A DNA stretch of 63,715 nucleotides, counting the filler, from Candidatus Tectimicrobiota bacterium (GTDB lineage: Bacteria > JACPSX01): assembly GCA_016193065.1 (NCBI GenBank). It is 7 parts of 7 records of this genome, joined end to end, with 100 filler letters (N's around TTAATTAATTAA, not from the genome) between each part and the next. Parts side by side here need not be neighbours in the genome. Positions count along the whole stretch, not along the records: positions 1 to 22,889 come from JACPSX010000166.1; 6 more parts are not named here. One strand, 5' to 3'. The notes under the pieces were generated by a model. The model ran no database searches, was not told where the DNA came from, and saw only the letters and a program-made list of their open reading frames with translations. This document shows, piece by piece, positions 1-11,145 of this stretch. Every line of letters begins with the position of its first letter. The stretch's first letter is position 1. The translations under genes and the position numbers were made by a program.

Positions 1-1625
<1,625 letters not shown>

Positions 1626-1644
<19 letters not shown>

Positions 1645-2399
1645 CCCTGGAATACGAAGGGACCCAGTATCACGGCTGGCAAGTGCAGCCGGGCCTGGTG
1701 ACGATCCAGCAGGCGATCCAGGAGAGGCTGGCTCGGATCCTTCAGGAACAAGTGGTGCTCGTGGCGGCCGGGCGGACCGATGCCGGAGTTCACGCTCTTG
1801 AGCAGGTGGCGAACTTTCATTGTTCCTCCTCCATTCCTGCGGACAGCCTCCAGAAAGCTTTGAACAGCCTCCTGCCCAGGGACATTGCAGTGACGGGGGT
1901 GGAAGAGGTTCCGGAGGATTTCAGCGCCCGCTACTGGGCCCGCAGCAAGGTCTACCTTTACCGCATCTTGAACCGCACCTATCCCTCTTCCTTCTGGAGG
2001 CGCTATAGCTGGTTTCTGCCCAGGCGCCTCGACGTGCCGGCCATGGAGAGGGCGCTTCCAAGTCTTCTCGGCAGGCATGACTTCAGCGCCTTTCGTGCTT
2101 CGGGCTGTACGGCGAGATCCGTGATCCGCACGCTGCACCGGGCTGATCTCACCCGGCAGGGTGACATGATCGAGATGCGCTTTGAGGCGAACGCTTTCCT
2201 GCGCTACATGGTGCGGAACATCGTGGGGACGCTCGTGCAGATCGGCTTGGGGAAGAGACCCGCGGAGAACCTGGGCGAAGTCCTGGCCGGACGGGACCGG
2301 CGGCAGGCCGGGCCCACGGCGCCCGCCTGCGGCCTCACCATGGAAAAAGTGTTCCTCGGTTCATCGGACCCTTTGCTTCCTTGGGATGACCGGGTTTGA
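1626..2399 (+). CDS. truA: tRNA pseudouridine(38-40) synthase
   Basis: [20 protein letters not shown] catalytic motif, [11 protein letters not shown] and GPTAPACGL. Confidence 0.97.
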
Positions 2400-2444
2400 G
2401 TTAGAAGAGCCGAGGGTCTCGGGGGTGCGGCGCCTGCCAAACTT

Positions 2445-2472
2445 TGTAGGGGCACCCCTACGTGGGTGCCCT
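2445..2472. repeat. GTAG-type REP-like palindrome
   Basis: GTAGGGGCACCCCTACGTGGGTGCCCT: GTAG followed by a GGGCACCC..GGGTGCCC stem, just downstream of truA. Confidence 0.55.
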
Positions 2473-2792
2473 CCGTCGCCCGTGCGGGGCACACCCGGTC
2501 TCTTCTTTGGAATCGCCTTTGCCTGCGGGGACTACCCCCTCGGAGGGGACTGACCTTCCCGCCCTGAGCACATCTGCCGGGGGCGCACTCGTGATGCGGC
2601 TATCCCGATGAAAAATCAGGTGATCATGTTTGTAGATCCATTATAATAGACCAATTTGGGAACGCCCGGGGGAGATCTAATCCGGTTGTGAAAGCATCCA
2701 CCCCATGATCAAACGTGCGAGAGAAAAGGGCAGTGGAATATCGATGAGTTTCCTGGTTATTCGCAAATCCCGTGTTGCGATATCCGAGGTGC

Positions 2793-4037
2793 ATGATGAT
2801 TTATTTCAGCGAGCTTGAGAAACTGGCTGCCTACGATGCCAAGGGTGAATATCTGGGCCGCTTGGTCGATCTCGGCATTGATCCGAACCAGAATCCGCTT
2901 CGGGTCGCACTCTACCTGGTTCGAATGCCGAAGAAGAGACTATTGTGCATAACCCACGAGCAAATTCAATCTATCTCGGTGCGCGCTGTTCAGGCCAATG
3001 TCCCGGGAGAGGAGATTCGCTCATACACTCCGGATGAGGGGGTAATCCGGATCCGGAAAGACGTGCTGGATCAGCAGATCATCGACGTGAACAACCAAAA
3101 GGTCGTGCGCGTAAACGATGTGGATTTTGACATCCAGCCCAGCGAAAGGCACACGCACCTGCGCATTGTGGCCGTCAATGTGGGGTGGGCGGCGGCCGTC
3201 CGGCGCCTGCTGCAAGGATTGTTCGCCAAGCATACGATTCGCCTGCTTTCCAACCTCTTTCCATCCAAGACGATTCCCTGGGAGTTCGTCAATCTGATTG
3301 AACCGGATCCGGCCCGTCGCCTCAAGCTGCGCATCACCTATCACCGGCTTGCCGAACTTCATCCGGCGGACCTGGCCGACATTCTCGAGGAATTGAGTCG
3401 AGACGAGCAGAAGTCGGTGATCGAGTCCCTGGACAACGAAACGGCGGCCCAGGCCGTCTCGGAAATTCCAACCCGGATGCAGGTGGCTTTGCTGGAGAGC
3501 ATCCCCGCGGGTCGAGCTGCCGACATCGTGGAAGAAATGCCGCCCGATGAAGCCGCCGATGTCCTGCAAGAACTTCCTCCCAAGACTTCCGCAGAACTGC
3601 TGGCCAACATGGAAGAAGAGGAGGCAGAAGAAGTTCGCGACCTGCTGGGTTTTGAGGAGAATACGGCCGGGGGCCTCATGACCACGGACTTCATCGCGCT
3701 GGAGGACTCCGGTACCGTGGGGAGCGCCATTGCCGCCTTCAAAACCTTTGAAGGTCCCATCGAGTCCGTCCATGCTGTTTACCTGGTAAACGGCGAATTC
3801 GTGCTGACGGGCGTCGTTCCCCTGGCCCACCTGCTGCTAGCCGAACCCAGCATCCCTCTGAAAGAAATTTCCACGGACCCGGTCATCTCCGTCCGCTCTC
3901 ATAAAGACGGGAAAACGGTTGTGAATCTATTCCACAAATACAACCTCCTCTCTCTCGCCGTCGTGGACGACGATGGGCGACTGCTGGGAGTCGTTACGGC
4001 GGACGACGTTCTCGAACTGGTGGTCACGCGCAAGTAA
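2793..4037 (+). CDS. Soluble MgtE-like protein (PRC-barrel-like N-terminus, MgtE_N, CBS pair) with no transmembrane domain
   Basis: LHPADLADILEEL, EMPPDEAADVL, TAGGLMTTDF, YNLLSLAVVD and GVVTADDVL; ends directly after the CBS pair. Alternative start 2772. Confidence 0.88.
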   Translation: MMIYFSELEKLAAYDAKGEYLGRLVDLGIDPNQNPLRVALYLVRMPKKRLLCITHEQIQSISVRAVQANVPGEEIRSYTPDEGVIRIRKDVLDQQIIDVNNQKVVRVNDVDFDIQPSERHTHLRIVAVNVGWAAAVRRLLQGLFAKHTIRLLSNLFPSKTIPWEFVNLIEPDPARRLKLRITYHRLAELHPADLADILEELSRDEQKSVIESLDNETAAQAVSEIPTRMQVALLESIPAGRAADIVEEMPPDEAADVLQELPPKTSAELLANMEEEEAEEVRDLLGFEENTAGGLMTTDFIALEDSGTVGSAIAAFKTFEGPIESVHAVYLVNGEFVLTGVVPLAHLLLAEPSIPLKEISTDPVISVRSHKDGKTVVNLFHKYNLLSLAVVDDDGRLLGVVTADDVLELVVTRK

Positions 4038-4061
4038 TCCTTGCATCACCTGTGAGCATTC

Positions 4062-5327
4062 ATGAATCCGACCCGTTTTCAGCGCTTTCGCACCAATTTC
4101 CTGATTTTCCTGAGCGTGCTCGGGCCCGGCATTATCACGGCCAATGTGAATAACGACGCCGGTGGGATTTACACCTACTCGGTGGCTGGAGCGCAGTTTG
4201 GCTATACGCTGCTGTGGACGCTTGTTCCAATTACAGTGGCTCTGGTGGTGGTCCAGGAAATGGTGGCCCGCATGGGCGTGGTCACCGGAAAAGGGTTGGC
4301 CGATCTGATCCGGGAAGAATACGGCTTTCGGACGACTTTTTTCCTGATGGCGTTGTTGCTGATCACCAACCTGGGAAACACGATCGCCGAGTTTGCCGGA
4401 TTGGCCTCGGGGATGTCCATTTTTGGTGTCAGCCGCTACATCGCGGTGCCCCTGGGAGCGCTGCTGGTCTGGGCGCTGGTCATCAAAGGGACGTACCGGA
4501 TGGTGGAGAAGGTCTTTCTTGTGGCCTGCGTCTTTTATGGCGCTTATTTGATCTCAGGATTTCTGGCGCACCCGGATTGGAAAACGGCCATGAGCAGCGC
4601 CGCAGTACCTTCTCTGCGCTTTGATTCCGCCTATCTTTACATGATCATCGGCCTGGTGGGCGCAACCGTGGCTCCCTGGATGCAGTTTTACCTGCAGTCC
4701 GGGGTGGTGGAAAAAGGCGTTAAACTGGAACATTACAGGCAATCCCGCTGGGACGTCATCATCGGTTGCATCATCGCGGACGTGGTGGTTTTTTTTGTCA
4801 TCGTGGCTTGCGCCGCCACCATTTATGTAAGCGGCCAACGTCAGATCGCCGATGCCGGAGACGCGGCCCTGGCCTTGGCCCCGCTGGCGGGTCCATTCGC
4901 CAGCACGCTGTTCGCCTTTGGCCTGATCAACGCTTCCCTGTTTGCCGCCTGTATTTTGCCGCTGGCAACCGCCTACTCTGTCTGCGAGGGTTTAGGTTTG
5001 GAGTCGGGGATCAACAAACGAGTGCACGAGGCCCCCGGGTTCTACTCGCTTTATACCGGGCTGATCTTTTTGGGGGCGGTGGCGGTGGTGCTTCTGAGCG
5101 AAAGCAGGCAAATATCCATCATCCTGCTTTCCCAGGTGGCCAACGGCATCGTCCTGCCCTTCGTTTTGATCTTCATGCTGCGGCTGGCCAACCGCGAGGA
5201 CTTGATGGGCGAATATCGCAACACCCGGCTCTTCAATGTGATTGCCTGGATCACCTGCGTGGTCATGATTGCTCTGACGCTGCTCCTGGTCATCAGTGCT
5301 TTCTTCCCTCAATACACGCCAAAGTAA
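4062..5327 (+). CDS. NRAMP/SLC11-family divalent metal transporter, NRMT (Mg2+)-like
   Basis: GPGIITANVNNDAGGIYTYS (DAGG in place of DPGN), QEMVARMGVVTGKG, GATVAPWMQFYLQS; about 11 TM segments. Confidence 0.9.
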   Translation: MNPTRFQRFRTNFLIFLSVLGPGIITANVNNDAGGIYTYSVAGAQFGYTLLWTLVPITVALVVVQEMVARMGVVTGKGLADLIREEYGFRTTFFLMALLLITNLGNTIAEFAGLASGMSIFGVSRYIAVPLGALLVWALVIKGTYRMVEKVFLVACVFYGAYLISGFLAHPDWKTAMSSAAVPSLRFDSAYLYMIIGLVGATVAPWMQFYLQSGVVEKGVKLEHYRQSRWDVIIGCIIADVVVFFVIVACAATIYVSGQRQIADAGDAALALAPLAGPFASTLFAFGLINASLFAACILPLATAYSVCEGLGLESGINKRVHEAPGFYSLYTGLIFLGAVAVVLLSESRQISIILLSQVANGIVLPFVLIFMLRLANREDLMGEYRNTRLFNVIAWITCVVMIALTLLLVISAFFPQYTPK

Positions 5328-5404
5328 ACCGCTTCCCTTGCCTTCGCCCGTCCGGCGTGTTATCGTACCTGCGCTGTTCTAGGAATGTCCCGGCAGGAGG
5401 AGTT

Positions 5405-6589
5405 ATGGAGACGCAGGTTCAGGATCGCGTGATCCGGCGGATTGGGTTTACGGCCTCGCAATGGCAGATGATCATCGCCATGAGCGCTGCAATCGGCCTG
5501 CGTATGCTCGGGCTTTTCCTGGTGTTGCCCGTCTTTACACTCTACGGGCAGCAGTTTACGGATTCCAACTTCCTCATCGGCCTTGCCTTTGGCGGCTACG
5601 GTCTTACCATGGCCATCGTCCAGTACCCTTTCGGCCGCCTATCGGACCGCTACGGCCGCAAAAGAATCCTGATTATCGGCATGTTGTTGTTCAGCGCCGG
5701 GGCCATCCTCGCCGCGATGCCTCCCAGCATCGAGTGGCTCATTGCAGCCCGCTTCCTGCAAGGACTGGGGGGGATCACCTCGGTTTCCTTTGCTCTAATC
5801 GCCGACGTGGTGCAGGAGGAGAGGCGAAGCATGGCGATGGCTTTCCTGGGCATCCCGATCGGTCTTTCCTTCGCGATCGGGGTCCTCCTGGGACCGATTT
5901 TCGCCAGTCTCTGGGGGTATGCTTCCCTGTTCTGGATCACCGGTGTGGCCGGTTTGCTGAGCACGCTGCATATCATCCTCGTGGTCCGGGAGCCGGAGCG
6001 CCACATCCGATCTGCAGCAGCGCCCTGGACTCCAAACGGGGAAATTCTGAAGCTGAACGCCTGCGGTTTTCTTATGAATTTCTTCATGACCTCGTTTTTC
6101 TTCTACTTTCCCCTCATGGTCGGCCGGTATCTTTCCCTGAGGGAGTACTATATGGCCCTGGGACCGATGGTGATCATGGCCGGGGTCTCCATGTTTGCCG
6201 CCTCGCGGATCGCCGACCGGGGAGCCAGCAAAGCAGTGAGCTTCGCTTCCTTTTCCATCCTCCTGTTCAGTGCGCTCGTTCTTTTCCAGCATGACCAGGG
6301 GGTTCTGTCGTCCCATCCCCTGGCGTGGATGATCGTCGGCGGGATCCTGTTCTTCATGGGATTTTCCGGATTGGAGCCGGTCCTACCTGCTTTGGTGAGC
6401 AGACTCGCCCGGCGGGAAACGTATGGCGCCAGTCTCGGGAGCTTCAACACGATTCAGTTTCTCGGAAACTTCGCCGGAGGGGCGATAGCCGGCTACCTGG
6501 GGCACTTCAGCCGCGGTTACGCCATGGGCGTTCTGGTTCTTGCGGCGGCTCTGGGAATGCTGATGATCTCTCGCCTGCAAGCCCAGTAG
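5405..6589 (+). CDS. MFS transporter (YajR-like)
   Basis: GGAGGAG RBS before ATG 5405; LRMLGLFLVLPV; motif A GRLSDRYGRK; about 12 TM segments. Confidence 0.9.
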   Translation: METQVQDRVIRRIGFTASQWQMIIAMSAAIGLRMLGLFLVLPVFTLYGQQFTDSNFLIGLAFGGYGLTMAIVQYPFGRLSDRYGRKRILIIGMLLFSAGAILAAMPPSIEWLIAARFLQGLGGITSVSFALIADVVQEERRSMAMAFLGIPIGLSFAIGVLLGPIFASLWGYASLFWITGVAGLLSTLHIILVVREPERHIRSAAAPWTPNGEILKLNACGFLMNFFMTSFFFYFPLMVGRYLSLREYYMALGPMVIMAGVSMFAASRIADRGASKAVSFASFSILLFSALVLFQHDQGVLSSHPLAWMIVGGILFFMGFSGLEPVLPALVSRLARRETYGASLGSFNTIQFLGNFAGGAIAGYLGHFSRGYAMGVLVLAAALGMLMISRLQAQ

Positions 6590-6653
6590 GCGCTTTTCCC
6601 CCGACGACCAGCTAATGCCGTTCCAGCTATTTTGCCCTAAGACAGCAGGCAAC

Positions 6654-6792
6654 GTGCCGGGCCAAGGAACGAGCATAACGAGGCGCGAGCCCCGAGCTGA
6701 CCGAGGCGTACTGAGGGAGTACGCCGCAGGGAGAGCGAGGGATCGCGCCCAGAGGGCACCCGGAAGTTAGGCGAAGTTAATTGGACCGGCAC
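6654..6792. mobile_element. MITE-like element with imperfect terminal inverted repeats
   Basis: Left end GTGCCGGGCCAAGGAAC vs right end GTTAATTGGACCGGCAC (14/17 complementary); internal GGCGTACT..AGTACGCC hairpin; non-coding. Confidence 0.55.
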
Positions 6793-7262
6793 TAATTCAT
6801 CATCCCTTGCAATCTAGCAAGGTGAATAGCGGCCAACTTGTAGCCGGGCTCGATTTCCAGCGCTTTGCGGAATTCCGCGGTCGCTTCTAGATATTTGTGC
6901 TGGAGGAGGTAGATGCGCCCCAGGTTGCAATGGGGGTAATGATAGGCCTCGTAGTTCTTGGCCGTCATGGCCTGCTTGAGATATGGGATGGCTTCCTCCA
7001 GGCGTCCTTGCTGGATGTAGTAAGCCCCGATGTCGTTCCACGGGTTGCCGAATTCAGGGTCCAGTTCGATGGCCTGAAAGCACCGCTTGATGGCTTCTTC
7101 CAGATTGCCCTGGTGGCTGTAGGCCCACCCCAGGAAGGTGTAGGCCTGGGCGCTGGGCTCGATTTCGAGCGACTTCTTGTAAAGATCAATCGCCTCCTCG
7201 ATCTCACCCCTTATGTGGAACTCGTAAGCGTCCTCCAGATATTCTCTGGCCAGCGGATTCAT
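6792..7262 (-). CDS. TPR-repeat protein
   Basis: Repeated A-Y-x-x-L-G / A..AIELDP TPR pattern. Start moved to MNPLARE, which has a GAGAGGGG RBS. Confidence 0.88.
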   Translation of the reverse strand: MNPLAREYLEDAYEFHIRGEIEEAIDLYKKSLEIEPSAQAYTFLGWAYSHQGNLEEAIKRCFQAIELDPEFGNPWNDIGAYYIQQGRLEEAIPYLKQAMTAKNYEAYHYPHCNLGRIYLLQHKYLEATAEFRKALEIEPGYKLAAIHLARLQGMMN

Positions 7263-7431
7263 ATGGATCCCCCTCTCCACGTTCCCTCGATTGTTTATAG
7301 CGGTTCGGCCGCCCGAAGACAAGGGTCGCTGCGGAACACCCGCGGGGCGGGTACCCGGAAGCGAAAGGCGGGGGGCAGTCCCCTTGCTATAGATTCCCAA
7401 AGAGAGGGGGATGGGCAAGGGGAGTCGGGGA

Positions 7432-8067
7432 TTAGCGGATGGGAGCAACGAGGAGGATCAGGAGGTCCCACAGGCTGTGGGAAATAATCCCGGGAATGAC
7501 TGAGCCGTATCGTAGGTAAACGAGTCCCCAGAAAAGCCCCGCCAGCAGGGCCGCCATGGCGAGCATGAAATTGCCCGAGAGAGCGTGCAGCGCTCCGTAA
7601 ATGACTGTGGCGGAGAGCCACCCCTGCCAGGGACCCAGGCGCTGAGCCAGCGTTCTCTGCACAAAGCCCTTCCAGAAGATCTCTTCGGCGGGACCGATGA
7701 CGGCGGCCAGCAGCAGGCCGACAATCAGGGGTGAGCCGCCCCCCAAGGTTTCATAGATCGTTCCGACCTGCCCCGTGGCGAACGGAAGAATCCAGCCCGA
7801 GACCAGGTGCCCGGTCCAAAAAATTCCGTACAGGACCAGGGCCGAAAGGATTCCGATGGGGACAAACGAGGTCTTCCAGTGGAAGATCTCTGCCAAGTTC
7901 TTGCGGTTCCAGACCAGGGAACAAACGGCCAGAGTGCTGCTGGCCACGCTCATTTCGAGCCAGAAGTTCAGGGGCTTCCAGCGGAAAATGATCCACCAGA
8001 AGACCAGGGCCAGGCTCAGCGCGGCGACCACCCTGGGGTCGAGTTTGGTGGCAACCTTTGTCTCCAT
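7432..8067 (-). CDS. CPBP/CAAX-Abi family intramembrane metalloprotease
   Basis: EEIFWKG, YGALH and SHSLWD motifs; hydrophobic. Confidence 0.88.
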   Translation of the reverse strand: METKVATKLDPRVVAALSLALVFWWIIFRWKPLNFWLEMSVASSTLAVCSLVWNRKNLAEIFHWKTSFVPIGILSALVLYGIFWTGHLVSGWILPFATGQVGTIYETLGGGSPLIVGLLLAAVIGPAEEIFWKGFVQRTLAQRLGPWQGWLSATVIYGALHALSGNFMLAMAALLAGLFWGLVYLRYGSVIPGIISHSLWDLLILLVAPIR

Positions 8068-8353
8068 CTTTGCCCTTTCCTTGGCAACGGCGGGTCATTC
8101 TAAACAAGGCGCCTGGTGGGGTCAACGATAATGGTGCATCTTGCACCCACCCCCATCTTGTGAATCCATAGCGAGGGGACTGCCTCCTGCCCTTCGCTTC
8201 ACGCCTCCCGCAGCGACCCTTTTCGGGGCGCCGGGTACCCATTCTATGGGTGCGGGACCCCTCCGCTACCGCCACGTTAAGTGCTCAGCTATCTGCAAGC
8301 ATATGCTCCGCAGGGCGACTTGGCCCTAGCCCGAAATTCTCCGCTGGCGTCGT

Positions 8354-8538
8354 CCCGCACGGGCCTGCGGGTGGCGCCGGGGAAGCCTCCGCAGAGCCGC
8401 GCGAAAGTGGGACCCTCGTCAGGGTGACGGAGCGCGGATCGAGGAGGCAACCCGGGTACCCGCCGGGCGGGTGTCAGGACCCGCGGGCCAACAGTACCGG
8501 GTACCCGCAGAGCGGGTGCCCAAGGGCGCCCCGGTCCC
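8354..8538 (+). repeat. Dispersed non-coding repeat family B, copy 1
   Basis: Near-identical to the reverse complement of 21948-22102 (e.g. GTGGGACCCTCGTCAGGGTGACGGAGCGCGGATCGAGGAGGC); partial copy at 29517-29559. Confidence 0.9.
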
Positions 8539-8575
8539 TCTTTTCTCTGAAGCTGCAAAAACTGATGGACGCGGG

Positions 8576-8995
8576 CTAGTAGTGGTGCAGCAGCCAATAG
8601 ACGACCCAGCCGGTGCCCGCCACGTAAAGCCAGATGGGCAGCGCCACGCGGGCGATGCGCTTGTGACGGGCAAAGTCCGAACGCAGAGCCCGGAATAGAG
8701 CCAGCAGGACCAGGGGAACCAGCGTGATCGCCAGCACGCTGTGGGATCCCAGGATCGCCAGGTAAAGAAGGCGGACTGCCCCCTGGCCACGGAAGGGAGT
8801 GGTGGCGGCCAGGGCCCAACGGGTGAGGTAAACGATCAGGAATGAGGCGGCCAGGGTCGCGGCGCCCATCATGCAGAGCTTGTGGCGGGGCACGTTGTGG
8901 CGGCGGATGAAGGCAAAGCCGAGAAGGGCGAGAAGGCCGCTGCCCAGGATCAGCACGGCGCCCAGGGCCGGGAGAGTTTCGATGAGCGCGGTCAT
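8576..8995 (-). CDS. DUF420 membrane protein (oxidase assembly-associated)
   Basis: HKLCM..A, YLAILGSH, HKRIARVALPIWLYVAGTG; downstream of ctaB. Confidence 0.9.
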   Translation of the reverse strand: MTALIETLPALGAVLILGSGLLALLGFAFIRRHNVPRHKLCMMGAATLAASFLIVYLTRWALAATTPFRGQGAVRLLYLAILGSHSVLAITLVPLVLLALFRALRSDFARHKRIARVALPIWLYVAGTGWVVYWLLHHY

Positions 8996-9005
8996 GGCCT
9001 CTTGT

Positions 9006-9872
9006 TCAGGGGTTGGAGTCCAGAATCATGGCCAGGAAAAGCAGTCCCATGTAAGGAATCGAATACGCGAAGAGACGGCGGGCGGGGAGGCCGCTTTCTG
9101 TTTTCCGTAGCACCGCGATGGACAACCCGAGGAAGATCAGGCCCAGCACGGCCGCGCTGACCAGATAAAGAAGGCCCGCCGCCCGCAAAGGGTAGAGCAG
9201 CAGCGTGGCCAAGATCAGAGTGGAGGTGTATATGAGGATCTGGCGCTTGGTTCGGGTTTCCCCCCAGGCTACGCTGGCGATGGGAATGCCGGCCCGGGCG
9301 TAGTCCGCCTTCCGGTACAGCGTGAGCGCCCAGAAGTGAGGGGGCTGCCAGAGAAACAGGATCGCGAACAGAACGACCGCCACGACGCCCACATCTCCGG
9401 TGACCGCAGCCCAGCCGATGACCGGAGGCACGGCCCCCGGAACCCCCCCGATCACCGTGCACAACGGCGTGGAGCGTTTAAGCCAGGCGGTGTAGACCCC
9501 CACGTAAAATAAGATGGCCCCCAGGGCGAGCACGGCGCTGAGCAGGTTCACCCGCCAGGCCAGCAGCACAAAGGAAAGCACGCCCAGGCCGATGCCGAAC
9601 AGGAGGGCGTGATCGGGGCGTATGCGCCCGGTTGGCAGGGGGCGGCGGTTGGTGCGGCTCATCAACGCATCGATGTCACGGTCCACGTAGCCGTTGAGCA
9701 CGGCGGCCGAAGCGGAAGCCAGTGCCGTTCCCAGGAGCGTGGCCAGCACCAGTCCCGCCGGGCCAGGTCCGGAACTGGCCATCCAGATCCCCCCGAGCGT
9801 GGTCAAGATGACCAGGGCGTTGATCTCGGGCTTGGTCATCGCGTAGTAGTCTTTTAGAATTTGCGCTTTCAA
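9006..9872 (-). CDS. ctaB: Protoheme IX farnesyltransferase (heme O synthase)
   Basis: TKP, DRDIDALMSRTNRRPLP, YTAWLKR and WQPPHFWAL. Confidence 0.96.
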   Translation of the reverse strand: MKAQILKDYYAMTKPEINALVILTTLGGIWMASSGPGPAGLVLATLLGTALASASAAVLNGYVDRDIDALMSRTNRRPLPTGRIRPDHALLFGIGLGVLSFVLLAWRVNLLSAVLALGAILFYVGVYTAWLKRSTPLCTVIGGVPGAVPPVIGWAAVTGDVGVVAVVLFAILFLWQPPHFWALTLYRKADYARAGIPIASVAWGETRTKRQILIYTSTLILATLLLYPLRAAGLLYLVSAAVLGLIFLGLSIAVLRKTESGLPARRLFAYSIPYMGLLFLAMILDSNP

Positions 9873-9900
9873 TGCCGGGTCTCTCAGGGGAGTGCCCTCC

Positions 9901-10854
9901 TCAGATTGATTGCTGTTCTAAAACCAGCACTGGCGGTTTTAAGACGGCAGGCCTCAAGCATGCCGCGGAAAGGAAGACCATGGTGGCCAGGAGCGCCTCC
10001 GCATTGGCCAGATGAAGGACGGTCAAGAGCGGAGCAAGTCGGGAAGAGACCGCCAGTGCGCCCAGAAGGATCTGCACTCCGACCAGAACGGTGGCCACTG
10101 TGGGCAGCACGCTCAAAAACGGCTGCTCTCTGAGCGCGTCTCGCGCGCGCACCGCGGCCAGAAAAATCAACACTGCGACCAGGATGGCTCCGACACGGTG
10201 GCTGAAGTGGAAGACGGTCAGACCCTGCAGTGGAGGGATCACCTCGCCTTGACAGAGAGGGAGATCCGGGCAGGCCAAGCCGGCGCCGCTGTGGCGGACA
10301 TAGGCGCCCAGGATCATCTCCAGGTAAAGTACCCCCGTGGCCGCCAGGGGCCAGAACGGCGGGGGCCGCCCCGGGTCGACTTCCAGCGCGCTGAAATCGC
10401 GGGCTGGCACCCCGGGTACCCTCTGGGTGACGGGTACCCGGCTCAGAATCAGCATAAGGGCCAGAATGACCAGGAGAGCGCTGCCCAGAGCCAGGTGCGC
10501 CGTGACGATTTCGACGGGGAGTTCCCCCAGCACGGTGACGGCTCCCAGGAGAACCTGGGCCAGCAACAGAAACAAAGCAACTCCCGCCGCAGCCCCGACT
10601 CCTGGGATCCGGCGGCGTCTGCGCCAGGCTGTCACGGCGGTGCTGAGAACCAGCAGACCCACCAGGGCTGCCAGGACCCTGTGGCCGTATTCAATGAGGA
10701 CGGGGCCTTCGAGAGGCGGAATCAGTTGTCCTCGACAGAGAGGCCAGTCCGGGCAAGCCAGACCGGAGCCCGTGGCGCTCACGATGCCCCCCACCACCAG
10801 CAGGAGATAGGTCGACGCCAGGCTGATCCAGGAAAGCCGTTCCAGTGTCTTCAT
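9901..10854 (-). CDS. ctaA: Heme A synthase (COX15/CtaA)
   Basis: Duplicated GLACPDWPLC / GLACPDLPLC motifs, IEYGHR, HFSHR and conserved His ligands. Confidence 0.95.
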   Translation of the reverse strand: MKTLERLSWISLASTYLLLVVGGIVSATGSGLACPDWPLCRGQLIPPLEGPVLIEYGHRVLAALVGLLVLSTAVTAWRRRRRIPGVGAAAGVALFLLLAQVLLGAVTVLGELPVEIVTAHLALGSALLVILALMLILSRVPVTQRVPGVPARDFSALEVDPGRPPPFWPLAATGVLYLEMILGAYVRHSGAGLACPDLPLCQGEVIPPLQGLTVFHFSHRVGAILVAVLIFLAAVRARDALREQPFLSVLPTVATVLVGVQILLGALAVSSRLAPLLTVLHLANAEALLATMVFLSAACLRPAVLKPPVLVLEQQSI

Positions 10855-11145
10855 GAGCTTTACTGGCGCGGGTCTCCTCGCCTGTTCAAAAAAAGACAGG
10901 GTGAAACCCGGCCGCTCTCTCCCGCCCCGCCTGCGTACGTGCGGGATGGGACTGTTTCACTGCTTTATCTGCGCAGACCGCATAAAAAATTGAGGAGGTG
11001 GTGAACGATGCTGCAACTGCCACTTGCATTCCCCCTCGCGCAGATTATAATAGGTCACGTTTGCGTGTCCGTCCACCCGTATTTGCACATTTTTGGGCAA
11101 ACCAATTAGGGACCATAGCTCGGGAGGTACTGTGACGAGGCTTCC

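Noticed and set aside
2600-2790. Possible Mg2+ (M-box) or Mn2+ riboswitch upstream of the MgtE/NRAMP pair
   Set aside because: No recognisable conserved riboswitch core or terminator; an Rfam search would be needed.
4766-5404. N-terminal extension of the 607-aa ORF
   Set aside because: It is an alternative frame of the NRAMP gene; the MFS starts at 5405 with a clear RBS.
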